Assembly (NCBI GenBank): GCA_013239625.1
Contig: MU053487.1
Location: 1,383,058-1,447,057 of the forward strand
Direction of reading: 5' to 3'
Source: Lama guanicoe
Lineage: Eukaryota
Length of the DNA: 64,000 nt
Shown here: in pieces, positions 25,815 through 39,730 of the stretch
Position numbering within the stretch: the stretch's first letter is position 1
Layout of the letters: each line of letters begins with the position of its first letter
The notes under the pieces: model-generated
Database searches by the model: none
What the model saw: the letters and a program-made list of their open reading frames with translations, nothing else
What the model was told of the DNA's origin: nothing
Made by a program: the position numbers and the translations under genes

Positions 25815-27005
25815 TCAGTAAAGTTTCAGGATACAAAATTAATATACAGAAATATACAGAAATTGCTACCATTGTATCAAAAAGAATAAAATACCTAGGA
25901 ATAAATCTAACTAAGGAAATAAAAGATCTGAATTCAGAAAACTGTAAGACATTAATGAAAGAAATTGAAGACAACACAAACAGATGGAAAGATGTACTAT
26001 GTTTATGGATTGGAAAAATTAATATTGTTAAATATTACCCAAGGCCATACTACCCAAGGCAAGCTGCAGATTCAGTGCAATCCCTATCAAAATACCAATG
26101 GCACTTTTCACAGAACTAGAACAAACAATTCTAAAATTTGTATGGAAACACAAAAGACCACAATGGCCGAAACAATCTTAAGGAAGAACAAGACTGGAAA
26201 TATCACATTTCCTGATCTCAAATTGTACTACAAAACTACAGATATCAAAACAAAAGATACTGTACGATTTCAATTATACATGGACTCTAAAAAAAAATGA
26301 ACAAACATAGCAAAACAGAGTCATAGATACAGAGAACAAATAGGTGGTTTTGGGAAGGGCCAGAGGAAAGGGCCATGAAGGGATGAGCGAAATAGATGAG
26401 GGAAATTGAGAGGTACAAACGTACAGTTAGAAATTAAAGGAATCAAGGGTATGAAATATATAGTGTAAGCAATATAGATAGTAACTATGTAATATTTTTG
26501 TATGGTGACAGAAGATAACAAGACTTAGCATGTGCCCTATAAAAATATCAAATCACTATGTTGTGTACCAGGAACTAACATAGCTTTATAGGTATTTATA
26601 CTTCCAAAACAAACAAACAAACAAACTCATAGAAAAAGAGATCAGATTTGTGGTTACTAGAAGCTGGGAAGGGGGACATTGGGTGGAGGGGGGGAGTTGG
26701 ATGAAGGTAGTCAAAGGGTTCAGACTTCCAGTTAGAAGAGAAATGAGTAGAAGGGATGTCATGTGTAACATGATTAATATAGTTAACACTGTATGTTATA
26801 TATGAAGGGTATTAAGAGAGTGAATTCAAGAATTCTTACACAAGGACAAATATCTTTCATTTTGCATCCACATGGGATGATGGATATTCACTAAACTAAA
26901 TAATCACCGTGGTGATTATTTCATGATACATGTAGGTCATTATTTTGTACACCTTAAACTTACACAGTGCAGTATGTTGGTTATATCTCAGTAAAACTAG
27001 GGGGG
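25815..27005 (+). mobile_element. L1 ORF2 fragment joined at ~26250 to a long two-part 3'UTR
   Basis: aaaatacctaggaataaatctaactaagg..gcaatccctatcaaaataccaatggc; then gatactgtacgatttc..; 3'UTR ending tatatctcagtaaaactag. Confidence 0.85.
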
Positions 27006-27334
27006 GAAAAAGCCAATTTGTATTTTCCTCTGCTCTACTTTCAAAAATTTAACTTTGTCTTGGATACCTACAATTTCATTACGGTGGATCTAGTTTTGAT
27101 TTTCCTTTTTGCATCTTATTTGGGATGTGTTGTCCTTGTTAAATCTTTCTTTGGTGTTTTCATCTGTTTTGGAAAATTCTTTGCCTTTTCTCTTAAAATA
27201 CTGTTTTGATCACATTTTATCTCTCTCTCTTTTTTTAAATTAGGAATCCATTTGGAGTAATTTTCAGCTGTCATCGCTGTCCTTTCCTCATGCTTTCTAG
27301 GTCTCCCTGCATTGCATCCTACTAACTTTCTTTT

Positions 27335-27737
27335 TGTTTTATTATGTATCAACTTTACTGAAATGTAATTCATAGACCTTATAATTTGCTAATTTAAAGT
27401 GTTTTAATTCAATGGCTTTCAGTATATTTACAGAGTTTTGCAAACATTACCATAATCCATTTTAGAAAATTTTCATCAACCCAAAAAGAAATTCTGCAGC
27501 CATTAATAGTCACTCCTCATTCTCTTCAGATTGATCCCCAGCCAGAGACAACCACTCGCCTACTTTCTGTCTCTGTAGACTTCCTTATTTTAGACACCTA
27601 TTAAAAATGAAATCAGGTAATGTGAGGATTTTTATGACTTTCACTAAGTAAGCATGAAGTTTTCAATGTCCATCCACATTGTATCATATATCAGGACTTC
27701 ATTCCTTTTCATTGCCAAGTCATATTCCATTAAATGG

Positions 27738-27775
<38 letters not shown>

Positions 27776-27875
27776 ATGCATACGTACATACCACTTTCAT
27801 TTATCCATTCATCAGTTGATGGACTTTTGGATTGTTCTCACTTTGGGCTATTAGAAATAATGCTACTATGAATAT
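27335..27875 (-). mobile_element. Old L1MB-like 3' end containing an (AC)n tract at 27742-27770
   Basis: caactttactgaaatgtaattca...tttatccattcatcagttgatggac...aataatgctactatgaat. Confidence 0.8.
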
Positions 27876-29399
27876 TAGTTTTGGGCAGCCCCAAATTCAT
27901 GTATTGAAACCCTGACATCCAGTATCTCAGAATGTGGCTGTATTTGGGGATAGGGCCTTTAAAGAAGTGAATGCATTAATACACAGCTCTCCACATCCAT
28001 TTTAGACTTACAGAATAGTTAATTCTGGTTATCTCTGACCTGGAAGGTATAATCTTTGGAGCTCTTAGGCTCTCTTGAAGAACTGTCTCCTACTAGACTC
28101 CTCACTTTGGATAGATGCTAGCCTTGCACCTCTCCCCTCGGCAGCCACTGAAATTTAAAACAGCATTCAAGTTCCATTCATTTGACAAATGTCCTTAGGA
28201 GAAAGCTTTTTTAGAGCTTTTTAATTCTTTCATTTCGTGCATTTGTGTAGATACCAGACTCCCCTCTTGTCGGCTTATTGGTGCCTTTAAGATAGTCTAT
28301 TCTTTTGTTTTAATTTTGTTCTACTCTTTTGTAATGGTTTTATCTGGAATGTCAGGGTGAGTAACCTAAGCTGCCATATCATCAGGAACAAGACAGTTAT
28401 ATCTTTTAATTTTTCCTCCTCTCTGGTCTTTTAAAAGTGGAATCTTTAAAACCTTATATTGTAATACATATTGCCACTACTGAATCTGTATTCCATATCT
28501 TCTAACCCTTCTAAATTAAGTATCTCATATTTTTATTTATTTCTGTTTATTTTTAGAGCAATACCTAAATTCAAATTTTTAATTTACTAATTCATTCATT
28601 AGCTAAGCATAACATGTATTTTAAATATCTTCTGAATATTTAATGTAATATATTTTTTAAATAGATAATATTTAACCTTCATATCCTACTATAAAAACCA
28701 TTTTGGGTAATGCAATATTATCATCAGTCCCCATACTTATTCAAAAGTCCTGTTCTCCTTGTCACCTCAGTGCTGTGTTCTTAGCTGTAAATACTTTATT
28801 TTATTAAGTTTGTTATCTCCTTCTTCCATGAGGTGACTCTCCTTGACTGGTTGTTGATTCTTGTTTGAGCACTCATTATGTGCTTGGATTGTCAGTCAGA
28901 GCTAACAATAGCTGCTCACATAGTCAGCCTTTATGGAGCAGTAGGTCAGGCTGCTGGTCTATTTCCTATGGTGTCGGAAAATGGAAAGTTATGCTAATAT
29001 GTGGGAATCCTTGGCGGGTCTTTTTTGCATACATTCACATCCAGTTTATCAAACATTGGGAAATTGACCCAAATGCTCCCATTTATTGATCTTTCTTAAT
29101 TGAAGATAGCTTTACTGTCAGTACCAAGGAGACAAGAGGGAGTCTATTCAGAAGACAATTCACCTGGCGTCCTTTAGGGGAACCCAATGTAAAAATCCTG
29201 CAAAATCCTCTGTGTCCCCTCCTACTCCCAGTACCTACATCTTTAAGTAGGAAGCAAACACTTATTGTATTAATTAATGAAGTCCTATCTTCTTTTCATC
29301 TTTTTAGGAATTCTGAGCAATTCCTGAAACACAGAGAAGTCTACTTTTCACTTTCCAGCAAAAATGGTAATTAATTAATTTATTTTAATAGCTTTTGGA

Positions 29400-31150
29400 A
29401 GAAAAGAATAAACTATAGCATGAGTCAGGTCTAATAACTTTAAATCAACATATAACATATTGAAATCAGTAGAAGATAAATTAATGTATATAGAGCATGG
29501 CTCTATAAATCAGTGAGTTAAGGGTAACTTATTCAATAAGTTATGTTCGTACAATCATTTAACAGATTGAAAAATTAAGAAAAAATTTTCAGATCATCAT
29601 GCATAAGAGGCTTTAATCATAAAATGAACAGAAAAAGATAGATTTGACAGTGTAAAAACAGAGTTATTTCATGCATCAGAAATAACAGAAATAACTGCAA
29701 AACACAGAATTGGGAAAATAAATTTAGAACTTAAGTTTTCGCACTGGAAATGCTTAATAAACAAATAAGTACAATGCAAGGTACAAATATCATATTTGAG
29801 AATAATTATTTCAGAAAATAGTTGAATATGGTGATAGTATATGTTGGTGTCAACTAGTAAAACAGTTAAATAATAATGGTAATTCAATGATAATTCTTAT
29901 GATGTTAATGTTTAAAAAATTAACTTCTTGTACATGAGTCAGTTTAAACATATCAAATGAAAGAGTCCCTTTGACCTAACATCAAAAATATAAACCATCC
30001 AGTAAAAATATTAAGAAAAAAATACATATAAAAATAACTAATATTTGAAAGAATTAAAAGAAACAATATGAAAATTAAAACATACTTTATTTTAGACGAA
30101 GAAAAATGTTATAAATATGTCAGTTTTTTTCCTAAAATAAAAATGTCTATGTTATTATTGCATCTACAATGTAATAATAAATATTATACCCACGAGATGA
30201 AAGGAGGTATTGAGGGAAGAGACTGTAAATGAAAAAAAAAAATTTAAACATTACTAAAGATTATTCAAGAGGGTATGAACTCCCATAAAATATGAATGAT
30301 GGAAGAAGTCTAGTTGTATGAAATATTAAAAAGTTAATGGTATTAAACATAATTAAAGCAGATTAATGAATTGAACAAGGGAGTCTAATAATAAGTACAT
30401 GGGAATTTAGAATATGCACTTCAAAATCACTATGGTAAAGAACACTATGCAGTCAGTAATCATGGGTACCAGCACTCTAGAGGGAGATTATGAGGCTGGG
30501 TAGTTTGACTAAAATCAGGAAACAAGGGCTCCAAGTTTTTAATTAAGTAAATATGAAACAGCATTAATCGTGGAATAATTACTTAATCTTCAATACTATA
30601 CAAGCTTTACTCCTTTGAGCATGTTAGGAAACCTAGAAAATATAAGAAAATAAAGCTACATCAAAATGCACATGATAAAGTCACCTTCATGGCAAAAGAT
30701 AACACCATAGCCAAAATCAAGTACAAATTGAAAAAAAAAAAACAGGAATTTCAAACACATATGGTAGACAATGAGCAATGTCTTAATATCCGATAATCCT
30801 TACAAATCATAAAATAAGGCTGAATTTACCAATGTAATTAACAGTTGAAGAAATGATATTTTAGACAATTCACAGGGCAAATATCAATAGCACTTTTAAG
30901 AAAAAAATAGTCAACTTTATTAAAACTCCAAAAATGATCAAAGTAACATAAATTGAAGATATGTCATTTTTCAATGAAACACATATTTAAAATTATAATA
31001 CTCAGTGGGGCAAAAATGTGGGGAAAAGAGCATTTTCACTTCCATGTGGTAAACATGTAAACTAGAACGACTTCTATGGATGGTGATTGATCACCGCATG
31101 GCAACAGCCTTAAAAAAACTGAACTCAGTTTGACCCACCAATTTCACTTT
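29400..31150 (+). mobile_element. Highly decayed old L1M ORF2 remnants
   Basis: A-rich; residual motifs such as agacaattcacagg, aatactcagtggggcaaaaatgtgggg, gtggtaaacatgtaaactag, tttgacccaccaatttcactt. Confidence 0.5.
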
Positions 31151-33134
31151 AATTAATTCATCCAAATATTAGAAGTATCTTAGTTCTTTATTGAACAACA
31201 TTTATGCCACTCACCAGGATGAGCACATGATAAACATCACCTTTCCCAACACATGCAATAATACCACTGTGAAGTAGGAAACTCCTCGTCTCCTGGTTTT
31301 CACGTGCAAACACCGAGGCTCAGAAAAGGAAAACATATTTCTCAAATGTTGCACAGCTGCTTGGATTAAGAAGCAGCTGCTTTAAATTTATATATTATAT
31401 AAATAAATAAATTTGTGTAAGTATATATACATATATACTTATATACATGTAAGTGTATGTATATATGTAAATATATGTATCTATCTATGTTCATATAAGC
31501 TGTTTATATATATATCATCTGAAATTACATCATCAGAAAACGACTTTATAAGCAACGGGAAGCATCTAAGTGTTTTGAGTAGATGCAGGATAGGGTTAAA
31601 GAATGTGTGTGTGTGCATGCATGTGTACATGTGTGTGATGGTTAAAATTGTGGGACAACACCGGAAGGGTCTGACATATTACAAACCACATGTGAAGAGA
31701 AATACTCAGAGCCGGGACTGTAATCTGTAGTATTATAATAAATTCTGGGAAAGGAAGAGAGAGAAAGCCTGAAAGGGGTTCCACAGTATGAGAAGAGACT
31801 TGGTAATTTTTTGACTCTCATATTAAAGGAACCAGAAAAGTGAGGCAGAAATCAACACGATTCATACCCAGAGCAAAGTTTTCTGAAAAGTTTTTTTGAA
31901 TATTCCTCTGTTTCTCCTTTGATAGTGGTGATACTGAAGCCAAAGAACCAGTTCCTTCCGAAGACATACATTTAGGCAAGAGTAAGAAATGAGTGGGAAC
32001 TCTTGCCATAGTTGTTTTTTTTTTTTTTAAATCTTTACGGGATTCTAATGTTTTCTGGCAAGAATTACAATAATTAGAGTGATGTAAAACAAAAGGAGGG
32101 CTTCATTGAATTAGCAATTTAAACCTGTGCTATAGCAGCATCATGTTGAGTTATTACTCATCCTCGCTAATATAGCATTTAATAGGGAATTACACTGTCA
32201 TGCCAGACCAGTGTTAAAAAAAAAAATCTAATGGAGCATGATGTAAAAGCTATTATAAAAGATACTGTTAGGAGTGTATGCAGGCTTTCCAATATTACTA
32301 TTTTGAATTTTCCCACAGGTATCTTTATCAAAGTTGGGGTGGGGTTCAGAGAAAATTGAGAATGGAGAACAGAATTTGAGTGGCTAAGTACTATCTTGAA
32401 TAAGATTTCAGTGGAAGAACTAAATTATTTTTGTCATCTTTCCTTGGGAAATGTCAAGATGTGTTTTGAAATATGAGGCTTCTATGAACCTACTAAATTT
32501 TTCTTTCATTTTTTTTTACTTTAATGCAATATATTTGGATTCTAGTGTAGGTTTGTTAATGGATTGTTCTTAAACTCTTTGATTCTCCCTAAATGTGAAG
32601 TATATTCTTAATCTAAATAAATAGTTTATAGGGAGCCAAGTGTACCCAGTGAGCTGGAGATATGGCACTTGGTTTGGATCTGTAGCAGATGATCCCTGAG
32701 TTGTTTGCATCTGTGTACAGGGGGAATTAACTAACATAATAGCAGCTGGATATCGGCTGATGCTGGGGTGAAAAATGCTGTGGGTTCTTTCCATGTGTCT
32801 AAAGAGAAAGATCGCCCATGTTTGGTTTCTCTGGTGATCACTTAGTTTGGTGATCTGTATGAATGAGAAAAGTTGAACAAATATTTGATGGAAATTTTTT
32901 TAAAAGTCTTAGAATTTCAAGACTCAGCTTTATCATTATATACTCAAAATTACCTCCTTTGTTCCCCTTCACCTAGTCCTGAAAAATGCCATTCCCATTT
33001 CTCTGAATTCCTTTCTCGTGTTCCTCATCCGAGCCCCCCATTCTTACAGTCCTTAGACACCAGCTGCCACTTCAATCCCTTTGTTTGCACTGGGACTGCT
33101 GCCAGCCTCTGCCTAACTTAGATTCAGCTTTGAT

Positions 33135-34330
33135 GGTGCCAATTGGTGTAATTCTCCTTAGGAAAGAGAATACAAAATTGCAAATAAAATATTAGACATG
33201 AAATTAAGCCTTTATTTAGAATAAGAAAATAAATCATGACAAATATATGCTTAAAAAGTTGACAAATTCCACAAACATTATAAGTACAAAAAAGTATTGT
33301 TATTAATTAACTGTCTATTGTTGCTCTATAATGCTTTTCCATGCATTTTTGGCTATATATTGATTGCTTGATTGTCTCTTTATATAGGAATTTTTCTGCA
33401 CTATCTTTTATAAAGAGAATAGATAGATAATTCGGTACTTTCCCTAGTATGGTTGCTTAAAATCTGTTGTTATTTGTAGTAATAATATAGTAGATGTAGA
33501 AGTTTAGGGAATTTTCATTCTACTTTATAGCTCCTTATGGATAATACCATGTTTTATAAATGTTGTCAAAAAACTTTATCAAATTTATTTTGTTTATGTT
33601 GCGAGATTATGAAACATTTCACATTTTCTCATGCAATGACTTAAATACGTTTTGAAATAGCTACACACATAACTACTTTGTTGCCAGCGTCCTCAATTTA
33701 GTGGCACATGAAAATTTCATGTTACCTGCATTGATGTCAATATTTGCATCAAATCAGCAAGAAATATAATATTTTTCAATGTGTTCTCAAGTTTCATGGT
33801 TCTTCATTAAGAAGACTTCTCAAACAATTTGAGTCTATTCATTGCTTCCTTTTAACGGGAGATTTTCCTCTTAATGAACTACTACTTTCATATGATCTAT
33901 TATTTGGAGGAGTCTCATTTGCTTCTTTATGCAAAAAATTATAATTTCATTGTTTTGGTGGCTTTATAATACATTTTTATCTGACTCTTCTTTTTGTTTC
34001 TTGATTAAACACGAGAAAAGAAGCTACCATTCATAAGACCAAATCATAGTTTGTAATTTCTCAGTTTATTTTTTAATTGGAATGTTCATTATCTTTCCAT
34101 ACTACAGTTAAAATAGGGTAATTCCAAATAAGCTTCTTCTGAAGTGGATCCCAACAATGTCCAGTGCTGCTACAGCACTATCTAACACGTGGCAAAGTAT
34201 GAAAACAGTGGCCTAAACCAACGCAATTAAATTATCTTACTATAGAAATTTTTTTATAAAAAACCTGTGAACACACATACAACCATATTGCTAGGTCTCC
34301 TACCAGAGCCTTAAAAGGGGTTTATGCAAG
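33135..34330 (-). mobile_element. hAT DNA transposon fossil (Tip100/Zaphod-like) with transposase C-terminus
   Basis: Reverse complement of ~33341-33474 reads NNNRF*ATILGKVPNYLSILFIKDSAEKFLYKETIK, resembling the hAT dimerisation motif RSTM..ERLN.LSILSIE. Confidence 0.7.
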
Positions 34331-34344
34331 AGTTCTGTATATAT

Positions 34345-34745
34345 GTTTTTGTTTTAGATGCCATATGAGTGACATTATACAGTATTTGCCTTTCTCCATC
34401 TGACTTACTTCATTTAGCATAATACCCTCAAAATCCATCCATGTTGTCACAAATGGCCAGATTTTATCTTTTTTTAATGGCTGAGTAATATATATGTGTA
34501 TGTGTGTGTATGTATATATACATACTGATATATATCATCTTCTTTATCCATCAGTCAGTGGGCACTTAGGTTGTTTCTGTATCTTGCCTATTGCAAATAA
34601 TGCTGTGATGAACATAGGGGGAGTATATATCTTTTCAAACTACTGCTTTTATATCCTTCGAATATGTACCCAGAAGTGGACTAGCTGGATCATATGGTAG
34701 TGCTCTTTTGAACTTTTTAAGGATCTCCATGCTGTTTTCCACAGG
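34345..34745 (-). mobile_element. L1 3' fragment
   Basis: tttagatgccatatgagtga...tgacttacttcatttagcataata...gctggatcatatggtag...tctccatgctgttttcc. Confidence 0.85.
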
Positions 34746-35779
34746 GGAAGCATGAGTCCTTTAATGTCATCACAAATCATCTGCCTCTGGTTCCTCCCCT
34801 TTCATGTGATGTGAGCTTTTAGTCTGAAAAAGAGAAGACAAAGGCTCGTTGGGCTTAGAAAAATTTAAGAAAAAAGTCATTCATCTTGTCAAAAGTGCAT
34901 CAAAAAGTGTATTGCAGCAGAGGAGAATATAAGTGAGTATGTCATTGGGTAGGAGCATAGATTTGTGAGAGTAAGTTTGCAAAGGACTGAATAGACACAA
35001 GAGTGCAAAAATACGAGCAGGTAAAGGAGAGTAAGCATTTATATGCATGCACTCAGAATACTTTGTGAAGGTCTTACACTGTGATTGGGAAAGTCTGAGA
35101 ATAGTCTGGGTCTGTGTGAGAGTGGGAATGCATTAAGAATCTGAATGAGTAAAGGTATGAATGTGCAAAAGATGTTGAATGTGGCAGAATGTTGTTTTGG
35201 AATGCGTTGTGATCCTGTAGAACAGTGATAAGTAAAATAAAGCAAGAAATAAACAAACTAAAATTTCCTGTTAAACTGTATTGATTTCAGATCCTCTGCC
35301 TATCACCATGACAACCTACAGTAGATTAAAAAACAAAAAACAAAAAAACAGCCGGAACATTATCAGGAAGGAAGAGAAGTACAAGCTACCAATACAAACA
35401 TTTCCTCCCATCTTAACATGTATTGCATTAGATTTTGCACCGTCATTTTTTCAAAATCTTTGATTTTCATTTTACTTACTTTATCATGCATGAAAATTTG
35501 ATTTTTTTTCAGATTAATACAGTCGCTCTTGATACCTTGTCATGAAGGATATTTAACATGAAGAGCAGATAAGTCCCCAGATTACGTAACTCTTCCTTAT
35601 CAACCAGAAGAAAGTTGCAGGTAAGATATTCCAAGATAAAGTGGAATATTTGTTATCACGAAATATGCTCTCTTAGAAGGCTGCAGAACCCTTGGAAGAC
35701 AAAAGTTGCACATACTAAGTGCATCGTCATGATTTTGGTCCCCCCATTTCAGAAAAATTCTTATTAAAGTTCTCAGAAT

Positions 35780-36700
35780 CAATTTCTGCTGCATAAAACA
35801 GAAATCCAACTATAGTTGCTTAATGTAGACGGACATTTATGTCACTGTAACATAAGATAAATTCAGATGTAAGCAGCGTTGGGCTGGTTTAGAAGCTTTA
35901 TGTCAGGGACCAGGCTCCTTCATCTTTCCCATCTTAAGTCATCTATGGCAGATTAAAGTGGCACAAATTCTTTACGTTTCTCCCATTGAGAGATGAGGTC
36001 TGTGTCTCCACTCTGCGAGTCTGAGCAGAATATGTGACTACTTTGAATATCAGAATATGGCAGAAATGATACTGTGCCAATTTCTGGGCTCACACCTCAA
36101 GGTACTGTCAGTTTCTACTTCCTCATTCTTTAAACTTTGCTCTTTGAGTCCTGAGCTGTCATGTAACAAATCCAGCTACCCCATTTGAGAGGTCATCCAA
36201 ACAGGCTCTGAGACTTCTTGGAGGAGGAGAGGGCCCAGCTGGGTTCTAATTTTTAGCCACTCTTACAAAATGCCAGAAGTTGAAAGTAAGTTAACAAGGT
36301 TCTTGCAGACTAGCCCTGCTGCCCATGCTCTCACTCAGGTTGTCAGCTGAATTCAGTTCATTGTAGTTGTAGGACTGAGGTCCTTTATTCTCAGCTGGGG
36401 GGATTCTCTCAGCACTTTGGACCACTTGTATTCCTTCTCACACAGCTCCTCCATCTTTAAACTAGCAACAGTGAGTTGAGTCCTTCTCATACCTTGAATC
36501 TCGGACATCTTCTGCCTTCAGTCCGAAAAAGCTCTGTGCTTGAAGGATTGATATATGAAGATCAGGCCCACCCAGATAACACCTGTACTGCCTAATATAT
36601 TAGTACAATATACTCACAGGATTGATTTCTCATCATATTCACAAGTTTTGTGGATTGGAGAGAAATGTCTTTAAAAGAAGTATTTTTTAAATTCTACCCA
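35780..36700. mobile_element. Cluster of nested old MaLR (MLT1) LTR fragments
   Basis: atggcagattaaagtggcacaaattcttt...gaatatggcagaaatgatactgtgcc; gtaggactgaggtcc...atcaggcccacccagataa. Confidence 0.65.
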
Positions 36701-39454
36701 ACACACAATTCAATGTTATAATCATTTTTATATGAAATTTTCCACTAAATTGTTCACAAAAATATAGGGTAAAAATAGATATTGGGGAATAACCTTGTTT
36801 TTGATTTGTGCTCACCTGGCCTTTGTGGAGTACAGCATCTTTTCAGTAAGTCATCAGGTGAAGGGGTGGTAGGAAAGACAGTCTCAGGCAAAGTTGCTCT
36901 TATCTACAATGGGGTACCAGAGTTTGCTATTGGGAGTTTAAAAGGGAACCAGACTGCACCAAGGGAGCAACCACAGGCAACTGCTTTGCTTCTCTCTTTG
37001 CAGTTATTGTAATTGGCTGTGCATCCACAGGCAAGATTATCACACAGAGTGTACCTGGAAATATTCGTGGGTAACAGCTAGAGAACTCCATACTTGCTTT
37101 GTGACTCCAGACCTACCTTTCATTTCTTAAAAGCAGCTGCTAAATATTATCCTATATTACTTTTTACATTTTTTTCAATTAAATGGTTGATCATGTCCTT
37201 TAATTACAAAGGGAAATTGAAGGAGAATGTTATTAAATAGAAATGGCACATTAGTTACCTATAATGAAAAAACTCAGCAGACTGAATAATGGGACTTCAG
37301 CAGGCTCAGACGACAATAGGTAGATTGGAGGCCAGAGTTTTGAATTGCTGCATATAATAAACTTTTCTGTGAGTCTGCTTAAAAAAAGAATTTTTTTTTC
37401 CTGGCTGCACCTGAAGAGCTCTAAGTTTGTCCTCCCTTTGACTTTGAATCTCTGTGTGTAGTGGTTTTCAGAAATTAGCTTTTATGTGATCAAACCACTC
37501 GTTTTTGATTCTGGATTCAAAGCTTTTGTAATTATGTTCAGAGCACTGTAAAAAAAAGGGGGGGATAAATACATCTTTAATATATGGAGATTGGGAGATC
37601 AGCAGCCAACTGAAACTGCAGCACAGGAGAAAGTGTGCAGGAGGTCGGGGGAGCCGCTGAAAAGAATAGAAATTAGATGCTGTCAAAAAGGGGCGAAAGA
37701 ATCGGACTCATCCTAAGAAAAGAGCTGCCAAAGAGGAATTTAATAATACACCCCTTTATTTGTGGAGGCAGAATATTAGACACTTACAAGAATGTAGACA
37801 ATCTGAAACCTGGTAATACCTACCACCTACTTCCCCACCTACCAAGTCATGAGAAATCCAATTATTGGGTATTTTAAAAGATCCTGTTGCATCCACAGCA
37901 TTTACTGGGTATCAGTAGAAAGTATAGAGCAGTTCACATTATATTTTTGACTATCCGTGACTGAAAAGGAAGAGGCACGTACAAAGTAATTTAAGTTAGG
38001 CTATGGGAGTTTTGTAGACCTCCAAAAAAAAAGCAGCAAGAAACTGGAGAATTCAAAACTCTTCTAATTAATATGGTGTGAAAGTCAACTTGTGTCTTGG
38101 AGAAGAGGTTTTGAAAACAACTGTGTTTCACATTTGATGGTTTTTCTTTTCTTCGATTTCTGAAAAATGTACCTTTTTTTTTTTTTGCAATAAGCCCCTT
38201 GGCATATGCTCATTACCAGGGAAAATAAAACAGTTATATGACTAATTAGACTTCACCTTATCAGTTCAGGAGAAGCCTGACAACTCGCCCCTTGTTATCA
38301 TAAACTAATGACGCTGCCCCACGTTACAGGAAGCAATCAGTAGTGGTTCATTATAGCTGCGTCAGCCTGTCCCGTAAATGTCATGAGATTAAAGGTGAAA
38401 GCGTTAGCTTCACATTTTTTGTAGATGGATTTTTCAAAGTTCATTGTGGTCAGATTACTTTAAGATGACAGTGACAGTTTCTTATGATACCAAAATGTCT
38501 GATAGAAAAGTCTACATACGGATTCAAAAACTTCTATTTGCTCTTGTTTAGATTCATGTCAAGTACTCTGTTTCACTGATTTCTTTTTCTTTTCTTTCTT
38601 TCTTTCTTTTTTTTTTTTTTTTTTTTTTGTAATTGTCTACCGACAGAATAAGGCAGTGTTCTTGAGTTGTGCAGACAAATAGCCAATTTTCATGTTTCTC
38701 AAACAGTTGATGGTGAATTAACTTTGTGTGCAACACAGTACTGTAATAACCCCCTCACACACAGGCACACACACACAGACACACACATGGGCAGGCACAA
38801 TTCTTTTAAGATGTGCACAGCTTTCAGACAGTCTGCTATGCTAGACTCGTTCGCCTTAGGTCAGTTCAGCATCTCCGAAATTTTGTGGTTAAGACTATCT
38901 TTCTGTGTGTAACTTGTTGTAGAAATAATGTTCCCTGAAACAAACTATGGGAAAAGCTGTTTTAGATTATGCTTACAGAATACTTGTGACTCATTCAGCC
39001 GTCCGTGGAAATTATTACCGGCTCACTGGAATCAGTTTATATAATAATGATTTGAAAAGTCTGTAGTAACTGTCTCACCAATCTGAGGCATTTACTGGTA
39101 TTGAAACCCCTCTCCTGCTCTAGCTCCCTAATGGTTTTTTCGGATTCAATAGGAAGTTAGAGATGAAGTTAGGCTGGGTGAGTCTGGGGTTCTAGAAAAT
39201 TTTCCTCATGTAGAAAATGAAGGAGGTGAACTGAACTGTTTCTAAGATCTTTTGGAGCTTGAAACATAATGTCTTAGTGACCTAACTCTTGTGATTGACA
39301 GATTAATGACAAAGAAAAGTCACACTTAATATATGCTTTACTTCATTATTATTTCAATAGCCAGTTATCTCAAAAAAAGATCATAGATTAAAGGAGATGA
39401 GACACATGAAACCACGGGACAAAATAGCAACCACAACAGGAGATGAAAAAGAGT

Positions 39455-39730
39455 AGCTAATATTTCTTAAATAGTATTACTCCCCCCAAAATATTTCTTG
39501 AATACCTACTAAGTGTAATACATTCTTCTAAATATGTTACATGATTATTTTACCTAAGCTTCACAATGCCCCTTATTGTGACTGGTTATTAATATTTCCC
39601 GTATTACAGATGAGACTGAATCTCAGAAAGTTTATGTAAACTACTCTTAAGCTTATACCTAAAAATGAATGTTCCATTTGGGATGCAAATCTAGATCAGG
39701 CTGATTTCAGTATCATTTGTTTTTCATGTT
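39455..39730 (-). mobile_element. MIR SINE
   Basis: ttgaatacctactaagtg...cccgtattacagatgagactgaatctcagaaagtt...gggatgcaaatctagatcaggctgatt. Confidence 0.65.

Noticed and set aside
31390..31640. 105-aa ORF starting at 31413, rich in Y/I/C/V
   Set aside because: Product of (TA)n/(TG)n low-complexity sequence.
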